Below, in pieces: positions 1 to 10,335 of a DNA stretch of 64,000 nucleotides. The stretch's first letter is position 1; every line of letters starts with the position of its first letter. The notes beneath the pieces are model-generated. The model ran no database searches and was not told the DNA's origin. It saw only the letters and a program-made list of their open reading frames with translations. The stretch comes from Bacilli bacterium (GTDB taxonomy: Bacteria > Bacillota_I > Bacilli_A > RFN20 > CAG-826): contig JAZRZI010000029.1 of the NCBI GenBank assembly GCA_045601325.1, forward strand, positions 358 to 64,357, in the 5' to 3' direction. The translations under genes were made by a program, and so were the position numbers.

Positions 1-796
1 AGAAGTTGACATTGAATACGTTTTTGATCCATCAGCAGTGGTAAGCGACCTATGTATTATGAATACCGGTACATTCTCTTTAACCCTTAAAGCTACAGAT
101 TATTATGGGAACTCATCCACTTGTAATTTAATGGTAATCGTAATTGAAAAAGATGTTAAAGTCCCTGTGATTGATATGCCTGACACATTAGAAGTTGAAG
201 CCGGAATATCTATTTCTCAACTAGACATTGAATCAAGAATTAGTGATGATTCTGATGAATTTATATTCAATTATTTTTTCTCTAATGGTGCGATAAATTC
301 TTTGAATCAATTAATAATTGGCACCCATACCTTAACGATTGAAGCAAGAGATTATTCTGATAATGTCACTACAAAAGTTATCACATTCGTGGTGACTTCT
401 AATGGACCAGATAAAAGCTTTTCAAGCGAAGATGATGACTTAAACGCAGTAATTGCTTTTGTTAATACATTTATGCATTTAGATGATTATAACGAAAATC
501 TAGGCTATTGCATGGATAGTGAACATCATTACTATGCAAGCGCAAAAGAAGCCTATAATTTATTGAGCTTAAACTCTAAAGAGATGTTTAATAAAATGGA
601 AATGTTTGACTCTGCTAAAGAAAGGTTGCTAGCGTGGGCGTACGCGAACAATGATACACTAAACGCTACATTAAAGATTGTTCCTATAAAAACCACAAAT
701 AGCGGAACAAATAATAGGAACCTATTTATCTTAACTATATATATGGGCTGTATTTCATTCCTTGGTTTGTCTCTACTAAAAAAGAAACATAGATAA
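1..796 (+). CDS. C-terminal part of a large cell-surface protein with Ig-like/beta-sandwich repeats, ending in a TM anchor plus KKKHR tail. The 5' end lies outside the window.
   Basis: The reading frame is open from nt 2, so the ORF-track start at 38 is internal. Repeated beta-sandwich-like segments. The last ~30 aa are a hydrophobic helix followed by a basic tail. Confidence 0.55.
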   Translation, partial: EVDIEYVFDPSAVVSDLCIMNTGTFSLTLKATDYYGNSSTCNLMVIVIEKDVKVPVIDMPDTLEVEAGISISQLDIESRISDDSDEFIFNYFFSNGAINSLNQLIIGTHTLTIEARDYSDNVTTKVITFVVTSNGPDKSFSSEDDDLNAVIAFVNTFMHLDDYNENLGYCMDSEHHYYASAKEAYNLLSLNSKEMFNKMEMFDSAKERLLAWAYANNDTLNATLKIVPIKTTNSGTNNRNLFILTIYMGCISFLGLSLLKKKHR

Positions 797-893
797 TTGC
801 TATTAATCAAATTTTAAAGGTGGTTATTGTGAAATATACTCCTAATCATGGACAAAAATAGGAAACGGGTATTTTTCAAGTGCCACCTTTTTC

Positions 894-1640
894 TTATTCC
901 TTTTCTTCGATTAATTCGTATTTTTTAATGAATAATAGGTATATCAAAACCATATATCCCGCAACTACAACTGCATCGATAATAGCAACTAAATAATAGG
1001 TTAATCCAAAATCTTCTACCATATATATAGAAAATATGTAACTATTCATTAGATTATATAGGAAATGTAGAATCATAGGAACTAATAATGATCTACCATA
1101 TTCATAGAAAAAACCAAGTATCATTCCTAATCCTGCAGTGTAGACAATTTGTAACAAATCAACCGGATTAAAGGTAGATAAGAAATTAATAATGTGCATA
1201 ACACCAAATATAGCAGCGGACACAGTCACCTTTAATAATCTGTTGTCTATTAATAAGTTATCTAAAACAACTTTCCTAAATATATATTCTTCACTAACAG
1301 CTGTCGCTAATATAAATGCAATCATGCATAATCCATATAACCAGTCGATATCTTCCATTAATTTATAATGCTTGATGGATATAAATATTTGATTATTGAA
1401 AACAACAAGAAATGTAGGAACAAGAAGCATTATAATAAGGAAATTTCCCTTATTTTTGTTGTTTTCTAGATTCTTAGATTTCCTTACAAAGACAATTGCA
1501 AATAATAATGCTGCAAGCTTAGAAAATGTTTGAACAAGTAAAACAAAATTTATATTAGGAATAAATAGATCATAAGGTATGGATGAAAAGAAAATATAAA
1601 CCAATATGATAATCGCTAAATCAATTACTTTTTTCTTCAT
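894..1640 (-). CDS. CPBP-family (CAAX protease-like) intramembrane metalloprotease
   Basis: Polytopic membrane protein carrying the three CPBP motifs: EEYIFR (EExxxR), FGVMH (FxxxH) and HFLYN (HxxxN). Confidence 0.75.
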   Translation of the reverse strand: MKKKVIDLAIIILVYIFFSSIPYDLFIPNINFVLLVQTFSKLAALLFAIVFVRKSKNLENNKNKGNFLIIMLLVPTFLVVFNNQIFISIKHYKLMEDIDWLYGLCMIAFILATAVSEEYIFRKVVLDNLLIDNRLLKVTVSAAIFGVMHIINFLSTFNPVDLLQIVYTAGLGMILGFFYEYGRSLLVPMILHFLYNLMNSYIFSIYMVEDFGLTYYLVAIIDAVVVAGYMVLIYLLFIKKYELIEEKE

Positions 1641-2376
1641 TTCTAAACAATACTTTCTTTAATAGGAACCACATAACAAATCCGGAAATAAATAATACGA
1701 AACACCAAATTTGACTTGGTGAGAAAATGCCCAAAAAAGCACCCCTGTGGTCATCTCTATAAAACTCAATGATAAACCTAATAATTGCGTAACCAAGCAT
1801 GTAAACAACAAATGTGTATTTACATTCAAATCTGAACGCTAAAATGATTAATATGAAGGTTAATATAAACAATGCTACTGATTCAATCAATTGGGTAGGA
1901 ATAATTGGGTTTGGGTGATCAGGAAATTTTATGCCAATCCATGATGTAGTTTGTTTACCATAACAGCATCCAGCAAGGAAGCATCCAATACGTCCGAAAG
2001 CATGAGCAATTGTTATGCACGCTGGCGCAATTGTTAATAGTTTTTTCATAATTCCTTTATTGTGTTTTCTATACCATAAAAAGTACATCAATAAGAAACC
2101 AATTACTCCTCCTAGTAAGCCACCATAAAACGTCATTGCCCATGTCCATTTGTAGGTGCTTGGAGATTCTATAAAATCATAAAGATTCTGAAATAAACAC
2201 GAAAATATGATTCCAGATATAATTGCGACTATCGCACAAATCAATGTGTCAATTATTTGTATTTTCAAGAGTTTCTTCTTTTTAAAATAAACTATAAGTA
2301 AAACAAATGCGGCAGCGACGCCTACTAATATCATTAATACATAACTATCAATAAATCCAAAAATTGTCGGATACAT
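1621..2376 (-). CDS. lgt: prolipoprotein diacylglyceryl transferase
   Basis: Polytopic membrane protein with the Lgt signature region FGRIGCFLAGCCYGK and an HP...PTQL(I)E motif. Its 3' end overlaps the CPBP gene by 20 nt, so the two are probably co-transcribed. Confidence 0.7.
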   Translation of the reverse strand: MYPTIFGFIDSYVLMILVGVAAAFVLLIVYFKKKKLLKIQIIDTLICAIVAIISGIIFSCLFQNLYDFIESPSTYKWTWAMTFYGGLLGGVIGFLLMYFLWYRKHNKGIMKKLLTIAPACITIAHAFGRIGCFLAGCCYGKQTTSWIGIKFPDHPNPIIPTQLIESVALFILTFILIILAFRFECKYTFVVYMLGYAIIRFIIEFYRDDHRGAFLGIFSPSQIWCFVLFISGFVMWFLLKKVLFRNEEKSN

Positions 2377-2436
2377 ATTATTTTTTACCTATGTTTGTAT
2401 TATAATTTAAGAAATTATATTGAGAAAGAGGTTTCT

Positions 2437-4236
2437 ATGATTAATTACGATGAACTCGCAGGTTTGATGCCGTTTGGAAAATATAGTTTTGAAAATCTTT
2501 CCGAATATATGTATTTGGAAAAAAGAATCATCACAGAAGAAGATTTATATGACCTAGTGAATGGGGATAGATCTTTTCGTGAAATCTTTGAAAGCGATGA
2601 CCCACTTACTTTTGTTGCAGGCAAAATTACAGGCAAATATCATATAAAACCTCAAGATATTTTAAATGCATTGCAAAAACTTAAATATAAAACTTGTGAT
2701 GACTTTATGGAGTGGTTCTTTGCAATTAATGAAAGTGATGAAGGGCAAGAATACTTGACTCCTAATGATTTTAAAGAAAAGTTCATAGGAGATTATTTCT
2801 TTAACGACGACAATCACTTAGTGGTTTCTATTGTGAATTATATTGATAATGAGATAGATTCATCTAATTTCCCTGATGCGCTTGATGATGTAATCACATG
2901 TATTATTGAACTTTTAAATAATAGAACAGTGGATTTGAATCACAAAAATTATTCTGACTTCACGAGTACGTTCGTTTTAGATAACTTGATGTACTTTATG
3001 GGTGTTGATGATATCGTAAACGATAATTTAGTGGATTACTTTAAAAGAAATGTTGAGCTACTAGCAAGTAAAAATAACTATGCAGCATATAGAATGTTGG
3101 CCTATTTAAATTACGAGGGTAGTCATCCTTATCCAAGAGATACTTCATTAGCGTTGAAATATTTCTTAAAAGCTTATGAGATGAAACAACATTCAGACGT
3201 GGCTAGGACAATTGGTTATATATATTACTATGGTTATCATAATGATCATAGGACACCTGATTACGACAAAGCATTTAAATATTTTTCTAGTTCACATAAT
3301 AGTGATGGAAATATGGAAGCTACTTATAAATTAGCGGATTGTTACTTATATGGTCGTGGGACAGAAAAGAACGAAAACGCCGCTGTTTCTCTTGTAAGTT
3401 CGTTATTTAAGCCTTGTATGCAGCAATTTAAAGCTGGTGTTTTTGATTGTAAATTAGCAGATGTTTGTTTGCGCCTAGCGTCTTATTATCATAACGGAGT
3501 ATTCCCTAAAAAAGATGATGAACACGCCCAACATTTAGCTTCTATTGCAAGATGTGCGATCAAAAAGAGAATAGAAACGACTTCCTATATTGGAGACAAA
3601 TCTGTTGCGGTATCTATTGAGAATCTTATTAAAGATATAAATAAGGATATAAAAGGTAGGAAGGTCGATAATGGTGGATATGTTATTACTAAAGACGATG
3701 AATTAGTGAAGTCTTTAGGAAAGCATAAATCTTATTCTATTTACGCTGATATCGATGGTGTGCATGTTGAAATCCCTAAAAACAACGTTGATTATTTTTA
3801 TAACATTGCCTATTCCAATGAATTAGATTTTGTTGAGGTGACTCATAAGATACATATTTTATTTAAAGGCATGTACGATATGTCTTTATTAGATTCAATT
3901 GAAGAGGATGATGAATTTTTCATTGATATTGTTGATAATACATTAATACTTTCTAAACCAATTGATGAGTTGAAGTTCGAAATGGATATAGAGAATATAG
4001 TGTATTTTCCAGCAACCATAAAATCACTAGATAAAAAATACACGACTGTCGATGTTGAGTTTGAAACCAACGGAAAATTATATGAATACTTATGCGACAA
4101 TTCCGATGTTAAAGTTGGTGATTCATTAACTATTAACGGGTATAAGCAAAAGAGAGTTGTTGTTCAAAACGTAAGACATGTTTACGAAGACCAATTACCT
4201 TTCCCATTAAACAAAATGAGTAAAGCTGTAAAATAG
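2437..4236 (+). CDS. cytoplasmic Sel1-like/TPR-like repeat protein with an uncharacterised C-terminal domain
   Basis: RBS AAAGAGG precedes the ATG at 2437; the ORF-track start at 2395 is probably too early. The central region has degenerate Sel1-type repeats (A.Y.LA..Y..G.G..K.. A..YF.KA). There is no signal peptide. Confidence 0.5.
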   Translation: MINYDELAGLMPFGKYSFENLSEYMYLEKRIITEEDLYDLVNGDRSFREIFESDDPLTFVAGKITGKYHIKPQDILNALQKLKYKTCDDFMEWFFAINESDEGQEYLTPNDFKEKFIGDYFFNDDNHLVVSIVNYIDNEIDSSNFPDALDDVITCIIELLNNRTVDLNHKNYSDFTSTFVLDNLMYFMGVDDIVNDNLVDYFKRNVELLASKNNYAAYRMLAYLNYEGSHPYPRDTSLALKYFLKAYEMKQHSDVARTIGYIYYYGYHNDHRTPDYDKAFKYFSSSHNSDGNMEATYKLADCYLYGRGTEKNENAAVSLVSSLFKPCMQQFKAGVFDCKLADVCLRLASYYHNGVFPKKDDEHAQHLASIARCAIKKRIETTSYIGDKSVAVSIENLIKDINKDIKGRKVDNGGYVITKDDELVKSLGKHKSYSIYADIDGVHVEIPKNNVDYFYNIAYSNELDFVEVTHKIHILFKGMYDMSLLDSIEEDDEFFIDIVDNTLILSKPIDELKFEMDIENIVYFPATIKSLDKKYTTVDVEFETNGKLYEYLCDNSDVKVGDSLTINGYKQKRVVVQNVRHVYEDQLPFPLNKMSKAVK

Positions 4237-4325
4237 ACTATTTACTATGTCCCTATAATATGTGTGTCCAAAAAAATGGACACCTTTTAATTTACAATTG
4301 TGATATTATGCAAGGGAGTTTATTT

Positions 4326-5573
4326 ATGAAGAAAAATAATGTTTTAAACGACAGTGAAAATAAGTGTAACCGATTGAATGCTTACATGATTTTAGAAGTG
4401 CTAAAAAAGCACAGTAATAAAGATTATCCCTTAGGAAGAGCTAAAATCGTTGAACTAATTAGTAAAGATTATGGAGTGTATGTCGCTCCTCACACAATCA
4501 ATAAAATGATGAATCTTTTAGCATCTATTGAATGTTTGGAAATTGTTGGTAAAGAATTAGTGGGTAAAGCTAAGGATGGATATTACTTATTAAATCCAAA
4601 ATTTTCTCAAAGTGAAGCCGCTTTTATTATTCACGCAATCTATTCTTCTAAGTCTTTAAAACCTGAAATGGCAAACGCTCTTGTGCATAAGATAAATGAC
4701 GACATTTCCGAATTCGATAAACTGTCTATTGATAACTTGGTTGGTGGCGAAAAAACTGATACTAATATCATTAACATTTTCGACACAATTAAGGCTATAA
4801 ACAAAGGTATTAATCAGAAAAGACAAATATCTTTCTATTATTGTACATACGATTTTGATGGGAAACTCATATCTCGCTTAGGAAATATCAGAGTTACAGT
4901 TAATCCTTATTATATGATTAATAATCGTGGCGCGTATTATCTCATTTCTTCAGAACCTAATGGTGATGATATCAAAACATATCGTGTTGATTTTATGGAT
5001 GGGGTTCAAATAGAAAACTCATCAATTTGTCCAATCGAAATATTAAAAGCATATCAAGACAGGAAATTTTCGCTCAGAGAGTATTCTAAAGATCATGTAT
5101 ATTTCGCTGATGGTAAAGTTGTTGACGCAAAAATTGTGATTCACAAGTCTAGAACGATTGGAGCGGTTAAGGACTGGTTTGGAAGCTCTGCAAAAATATT
5201 TTCAAACGGAAACCAAATTGTAGCCAACATTCATAATGATGAAGAAGCATTATTCTTTTGGTGTATGCAATATTGTAAAGAAGTTACCGCAATTGAACCA
5301 AAGAGCTTGGTTGAAAAGATTAAATCTGCTGTTCACGAACTTGATGGTAGGTACTCGGTTCATAAGATTGATGATTCTCATTTATCAACAACTTCTCAAA
5401 TATTCAACAAGTACAATATTTATTTAAATTTAGACGAGTTTAATTTTATTTGGGACACAGCAACGATTATGGATTTCTATTATGAGATTTCTTGCACAAA
5501 GGAAGGAAATTTAAAGCCAATTGCGTCATTTTATTGCAAAAAGCCAGTTATTTCACAAAACAAAATCGTTTAG
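4326..5573 (+). CDS. WYL-domain transcriptional regulator (wHTH-WYL-WCX architecture, BrxR/CapW-like)
   Basis: RBS AAGGGAG precedes the ATG at 4326. N-terminal winged HTH. The central region (...AYYLISSEPNGDDIKTYRVDFMDG...) matches the WYL core. A WCX-like C-terminal segment (...ALFFWCMQYCKEVTAIEP...) follows. Confidence 0.6.
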   Translation: MKKNNVLNDSENKCNRLNAYMILEVLKKHSNKDYPLGRAKIVELISKDYGVYVAPHTINKMMNLLASIECLEIVGKELVGKAKDGYYLLNPKFSQSEAAFIIHAIYSSKSLKPEMANALVHKINDDISEFDKLSIDNLVGGEKTDTNIINIFDTIKAINKGINQKRQISFYYCTYDFDGKLISRLGNIRVTVNPYYMINNRGAYYLISSEPNGDDIKTYRVDFMDGVQIENSSICPIEILKAYQDRKFSLREYSKDHVYFADGKVVDAKIVIHKSRTIGAVKDWFGSSAKIFSNGNQIVANIHNDEEALFFWCMQYCKEVTAIEPKSLVEKIKSAVHELDGRYSVHKIDDSHLSTTSQIFNKYNIYLNLDEFNFIWDTATIMDFYYEISCTKEGNLKPIASFYCKKPVISQNKIV

Positions 5574-5712
5574 AAAAGCCATATTATGTTCTCGATGATG
5601 GCAAAGCAAGACTTGTTTCATTAGTCGTTTTTATAGTCAAATTGTGCAACTTAATCTTAGAATTTGAACCTGAAAACAAAGAAATAAAATACATCAAAAT
5701 AAGTTCACAAAA

Positions 5713-5946
5713 ATGAGTTTAAAGTTCATTCCAGAACATGAAAATTTCATCTTTTTAAACTACCAAAATTTAATAGATATTTCTAATGAAAACAAGGAAT
5801 TCTATAACGCAATTTTTGCTATCGATAATTTGTTAAGCCGACGAAAGGAGCACTTCAGAAATTCTAAACAAAGTTTTAGAAAAGAAGCTGTACGTTTGTT
5901 AAACATTGCAATTAACCAAATTGCTATGAAAGTCTCAGTAGAATAA
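5713..5946 (+). CDS. hypothetical small protein (77 aa)
   Basis: Open frame only. No clear RBS. Overlaps the preceding small ORF by ATGA. Confidence 0.2.
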   Translation: MSLKFIPEHENFIFLNYQNLIDISNENKEFYNAIFAIDNLLSRRKEHFRNSKQSFRKEAVRLLNIAINQIAMKVSVE

Positions 5947-6096
5947 TTAGAACCAATCTAGTTTTTTATAGATTATGTTATAAAATTGTGTCAAACTTTT
6001 ATGCAAATATGTTTTTAAATATGTTTTTGCTTTCATGTGCACACATACAAGAGTAGATTAAATTAAAATTTTTATGATTGAGTCGGAGGATTTGTT

Positions 6097-8355
6097 ATGA
6101 AAAAGAAATATGCTATAGGTGTTTTGACCGTTGCTGCTTGTACAGTAATTGGTGTTGCAACAAGTTTCAGTTCAACTAGCCAAGGTCTTTTCTCTTCCAA
6201 AGCTGATAATGCTATATCCTGGTATCACTATATTGGAACTCCTGCAACATTTACAGAACCTGGTATTAAAGATTACTGGACAGATTGTAATGGTTCAACA
6301 TTAGTTAACTACCCTGGTAACGTAGTTGCTGATAGAGAAATTCCTTCTTCCACAGTTATTACTGTTGATGATGAAGATGGAAGATATTTAAGCACTTTAA
6401 AACGTTCATACGATTTTGAAGATGGTGTTTTACCAGATGCAATCTCAACTGACTGGCACGGTAGACTTCAAGTAAGCTCTGATGCTGGTTTTAACTCTTC
6501 AAAAGGTTTAAAAATTACTTTTGGCTCTAATGGAGATTTCAAAATTAGAATGGACAAATCATATTATGATGCTGTCTTTGCTGATCCATCAGTTGTTTCT
6601 ATTGATTTTGATGCTAAGAGTAACTTCGCAACAAGTAATTTTAGATATACACAAAATGGTACTAATACATGCTATGAAGCGAATGGTAGTGCGTATGGTC
6701 ATGGTTTAACCACTACTTGGAAAACATATCACTATACAAGAGATATGTATAATGCTTTAGTCAATGACCAAACCGCTAAGAGATTGGATTATTCCCTTCT
6801 TACTGGTGCAATTGTTGATAAAGATAGCCAATATATCTATGTTGATAACATTAGATATTCACGTGTTGGCTATGATCTCACAAAGAAAATTAGCTTTAAT
6901 GAAAGCGGAACCCATGCAAGTGGAGCTGACTTTTTTGTTGTAGAAAAAGACACACTTGGTGCAACTGGTTTCCTTATGAAAATCAATAGCGCTAACGTTA
7001 GCTCAATCGAATTAACCGATAGTGTTCATCTTGAAGGCACCCGTGCTTTAAAAATTCATAAAGACAAAGGTGGCTATGCATGTTTTGTTCTTAACTCTAA
7101 GTTTATGAATGCAGTTCCTGCTGATGGTGCTTTCTTGTTTGATATGTACATTGAAAACATTGAAGGACAACCAAATTTCTATTCTGGTGTCGCTGCCAGA
7201 GGCACACTATATGGTGATAACAATACTGCTTTGCCACTTGTACTAGATGGCGGTAAATTCTACACAATTAGAATTCCTAAATCACTTTGCACCAGCGATA
7301 ATAGATTCTTATATTTCAATGGTTCTCAAACTATTGGTGATATCTATATGGACAACTTCAGAATTGAAGAACAACGTGGTGATTTTGATTACGACTTTGA
7401 AACAGGTTACGTCGAAAAAACAAACGACACAACTTATGCATATAAAGCAAAAAATAACACCAATTCAGCTGGTTATCCTTCAAGATTACAAGTTAGATCT
7501 GCTAGTGCAGAAAATTTGAATGTTACCTATGGTGGACTTTCTACTGAATTTGTTTCTCAAGGTGATTATTCATTTAAGTTTACTAAAGATGGTGGATATT
7601 GTTCTGTGTATTTAGATAATATTGTTTCTCAGTTAAAAAGTGCAGCATCCACAGTTTCGTTTGATTTATATTCAACAAATGCTGCAAATGGTTCGGTTGG
7701 TAATTTCCAATATGGTAGTGGCACAAACTATCCTGGTTCACATCCAGCGAATAGATGGGTAACATATACATTCACTAAAGGTCAACTCACAAATGATGGC
7801 AGATTGTTCATCCTTAATGGTAGTACTGCAGGTGATTATTATATTGATAACATTGTAATCAATAATGAAATCCCACCTATTACATACACTTTTGAAGATG
7901 GTGTTACTGATTATAGTGGCACAACTTATACATATAGACTCGCTGCAAACACTGCAGCAAAATTGCAAATCATTGACCCAAATAATGTTGTTTCTGCTTT
8001 CGAATTATCCGGAGAACATGTCAATGAAGGTAGCAAAGCTCTTAAATTTACAAAATCAAAAGACGGCTATTTCTCAATGCATTTAAATAGCATTTACAAT
8101 GAACTAAACGATACTGGCACCATTTCATTTGATTTGTATACAACTGTTGGTTTAAATTCTAATCCAACCGTTAAGATTGTTCTTGATGGTATGAACGGAT
8201 CTTTAGGTGGTGAAGGATATTATCAACCTGCAAACACATGGGTGAGATATACTTTTGCTAAATCTCAAATCACAAGCGATGGCAGATTCTTAATTTTCCA
8301 AGGTTCTCCAACGTTTGATGGATATATTGACAACATCGTTATTAATAAAGTCTAA
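6097..8355 (+). CDS. secreted (probably lipo-)protein made of four tandem ~155-aa carbohydrate-binding-module (CBM)-like beta-sandwich modules
   Basis: Strong RBS GGAGGA. Signal peptide with a possible lipobox (VAAC). Four internal repeats, each ending in a (Y)IDNI(V/R) motif. No catalytic motif and no C-terminal anchor. Confidence 0.6.
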   Translation: MKKKYAIGVLTVAACTVIGVATSFSSTSQGLFSSKADNAISWYHYIGTPATFTEPGIKDYWTDCNGSTLVNYPGNVVADREIPSSTVITVDDEDGRYLSTLKRSYDFEDGVLPDAISTDWHGRLQVSSDAGFNSSKGLKITFGSNGDFKIRMDKSYYDAVFADPSVVSIDFDAKSNFATSNFRYTQNGTNTCYEANGSAYGHGLTTTWKTYHYTRDMYNALVNDQTAKRLDYSLLTGAIVDKDSQYIYVDNIRYSRVGYDLTKKISFNESGTHASGADFFVVEKDTLGATGFLMKINSANVSSIELTDSVHLEGTRALKIHKDKGGYACFVLNSKFMNAVPADGAFLFDMYIENIEGQPNFYSGVAARGTLYGDNNTALPLVLDGGKFYTIRIPKSLCTSDNRFLYFNGSQTIGDIYMDNFRIEEQRGDFDYDFETGYVEKTNDTTYAYKAKNNTNSAGYPSRLQVRSASAENLNVTYGGLSTEFVSQGDYSFKFTKDGGYCSVYLDNIVSQLKSAASTVSFDLYSTNAANGSVGNFQYGSGTNYPGSHPANRWVTYTFTKGQLTNDGRLFILNGSTAGDYYIDNIVINNEIPPITYTFEDGVTDYSGTTYTYRLAANTAAKLQIIDPNNVVSAFELSGEHVNEGSKALKFTKSKDGYFSMHLNSIYNELNDTGTISFDLYTTVGLNSNPTVKIVLDGMNGSLGGEGYYQPANTWVRYTFAKSQITSDGRFLIFQGSPTFDGYIDNIVINKV

Positions 8356-8490
8356 ACATTAAACATTTAGGTCTTGAGTTTAAGTGCTATAATTATAAAA
8401 GCCTAAACAAGCTCCTAATAATTTAATAAATAAGGTTAACGCTTTGTTTGGGCATTTCACCTAAAGCTGTTAGCCTTTTAATTTGCAAAC

Positions 8491-9957
8491 ATGATTAAAT
8501 ACTATTCTTTTGAAACAAAAATCGTTATTTATTGGTTGTATGACCATTATGTTGAAGATGCTTCATATAACTTTTATTTGAACGATATTATTGTTGGCTC
8601 TAGTAATAAAACTCATTTTGAATTTAACAAATTAAAGCCAGGTACAGAATATAAAATTACTGTTACCGAACATGGTAAATATTTTGATGAGATCATTGTG
8701 TCCACAAAAGCGAAAAAAAGGATTATTGATGTTACTAAAAAACCTTTTTTTGCTCACAATGATGGAACATTAACAACAAAAGAAATACAAAAAGCTCTAA
8801 ATAGTTTAACTAGTAGAGATACTTTATATTTTCCTAAAGGAACTTATCTTACTGGTGCATTATTTGTGAATAGTGGTAGTGATATTTTATTAGCAAAAGA
8901 TGCAGTGCTTCAAGGCAGTGAAAATCATGCTCATTATTTGCCTAAAATATTATCAAGATTTGAAGGGAACGAACTCTTAACTTATGCCTCATTAATTAAC
9001 ATTGGTGAATTAGATTATCGCAAACCCGCAAGTACAAAGAACATTATTATCAGAGGTGAAGGAAAAATAATTGGTGGTGGTAATGCTCTAGCGGATTCTA
9101 TTATCGAAAAAGAATCACCTCTAATTGATCAAGAAAAAGAGCAGCTTTCTTTACAGCTTGCTGCAGGTAGACGAAGAGGTAGATTAATCAATATTAGTAA
9201 TACGTCGAACGTAATATTAGATGGCTTATATTTGTCTCAGTCACCCGCTTGGAACATTCATTTTATTTATTCTAATAACATTATTACTCATAATTGTTAC
9301 TTTGAATCTAATGGCGTTCACAATGGTGATGGATGGGATCCCGATAGTTCACGTGACTGCGTAATATTCGGCTGTACATTTAATACTGGTGATGATTGCG
9401 TGGCGATTAAATCAGGAAGAAATCCGGACGGAAACATCATCAGCATTCCTACTTATAACATTGAAGTTTTTGATTGCAAATCTATTAAAGGACACGGCAT
9501 GGCCATTGGAAGCGAAGTATCGGGTGGAATATATAATGTCAATGTCTTTGATTGTGATTTTACATACACCCAATATGGTCTACACATTAAATCAACTCGA
9601 AAAAGAGGCGGATATATTAGAAATATTAATGTAAGAAATTGTTCTTTTGGTTCGATAAACATTCATCGCGTCCCTTATAATGATGATGGTCCTGGAGCGG
9701 GTTATCTAACTTCTTTTGAAAATTTCAATTTTAAGGATATTACGATATCAGGAAAGTTTTATGCAACTACTGGTGAGGTTGTAAGTTGCGAACATTTAAT
9801 AGTGGATGGTTTCCAAGAAGATCCAACTAAATTCAATAACATTAAATTAGAGAACATAACGTTTTTTAATGTGGATTCAAAGTTTGATTACAGTAAAAAT
9901 ATATCGAATGTATCTAACTTTTCGCTCACAAACGCAAAATGCATTGATAATTTGTAA
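8491..9957 (+). CDS. glycoside hydrolase family 28 (polygalacturonase/rhamnogalacturonase-like) with an N-terminal FN3-like domain
   Basis: GH28 signature blocks are present: DGWDPD, GDDCVAIKSG, GHGMAIGSE and LHIKS (the RIK-like block). Parallel beta-helix repeat pattern. No signal peptide. Confidence 0.75.
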   Translation: MIKYYSFETKIVIYWLYDHYVEDASYNFYLNDIIVGSSNKTHFEFNKLKPGTEYKITVTEHGKYFDEIIVSTKAKKRIIDVTKKPFFAHNDGTLTTKEIQKALNSLTSRDTLYFPKGTYLTGALFVNSGSDILLAKDAVLQGSENHAHYLPKILSRFEGNELLTYASLINIGELDYRKPASTKNIIIRGEGKIIGGGNALADSIIEKESPLIDQEKEQLSLQLAAGRRRGRLINISNTSNVILDGLYLSQSPAWNIHFIYSNNIITHNCYFESNGVHNGDGWDPDSSRDCVIFGCTFNTGDDCVAIKSGRNPDGNIISIPTYNIEVFDCKSIKGHGMAIGSEVSGGIYNVNVFDCDFTYTQYGLHIKSTRKRGGYIRNINVRNCSFGSINIHRVPYNDDGPGAGYLTSFENFNFKDITISGKFYATTGEVVSCEHLIVDGFQEDPTKFNNIKLENITFFNVDSKFDYSKNISNVSNFSLTNAKCIDNL

Positions 9958-10170
9958 TATTTAAGTTTCTAATCGTATCAAAAAATTATTTCTTTTTGTG
10001 TGCGTCATTTTTGACTGTTACATAAGTGTGTAAATATAGTATATTTATTGCACATTTTTTTAATTTAGAGTATGCTTGTTTATATTTCAGTCTATATATC
10101 TTACAAAAAAGATACTGCGGTTTTACGAAGTATTTAAAACAAAAATCACGTATTTTAAGGAGGAATACCT

Positions 10171-10335
10171 ATGAAAAAGAAATTAATCCCTTTTGCATTA
10201 TTATTTAGTTACCTTCTACCATTAGTGGGTTGTGCTGGCTCTAAAACTTGCACAATTACATTTGATCCTAATAATGGTGAAGAAACATTTTCAATTACGG
10301 TCAATAAGGGTGACTTAATCCCTGAACCAGAGAAT
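10171..10335 (+). repeat. ~165-nt direct repeat, copy 1 (5' end of tandem lipoprotein paralogues, ~97% identical)
   Basis: Nucleotide identity begins exactly at the ATG and ends about 165 nt in. The rest of the two genes is only diverged-paralogue similar. Confidence 0.7.

Noticed and set aside
553-810. Opposite-strand and nested short ORFs from the six-frame track (e.g. 553..810-, 2445..2636-, 6521..6709+, 7247..7519+, 9389..9634+, 26368..26661-, 30227..30520+, 39662..39856+, 58293..58790-)
   Set aside because: They lie wholly inside well-supported long genes. They lack RBSs, and their composition is just the reverse-frame image of AT-rich coding sequence.
5492-5716. 74-aa ORF overlapping the 3' end of the WYL-regulator gene in another frame
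   Set aside because: No RBS. The overlap with a well-supported gene suggests a spurious frame. It is kept only as context for the WYL-module finding.
10026-10208. 60-aa ORF upstream of the first InlB-repeat lipoprotein gene
   Set aside because: It overlaps the promoter/RBS region of 10171..11430 (a -35/-10-like TTGACT...TAAATAT and the RBS AAGGAGG). It has no RBS of its own.
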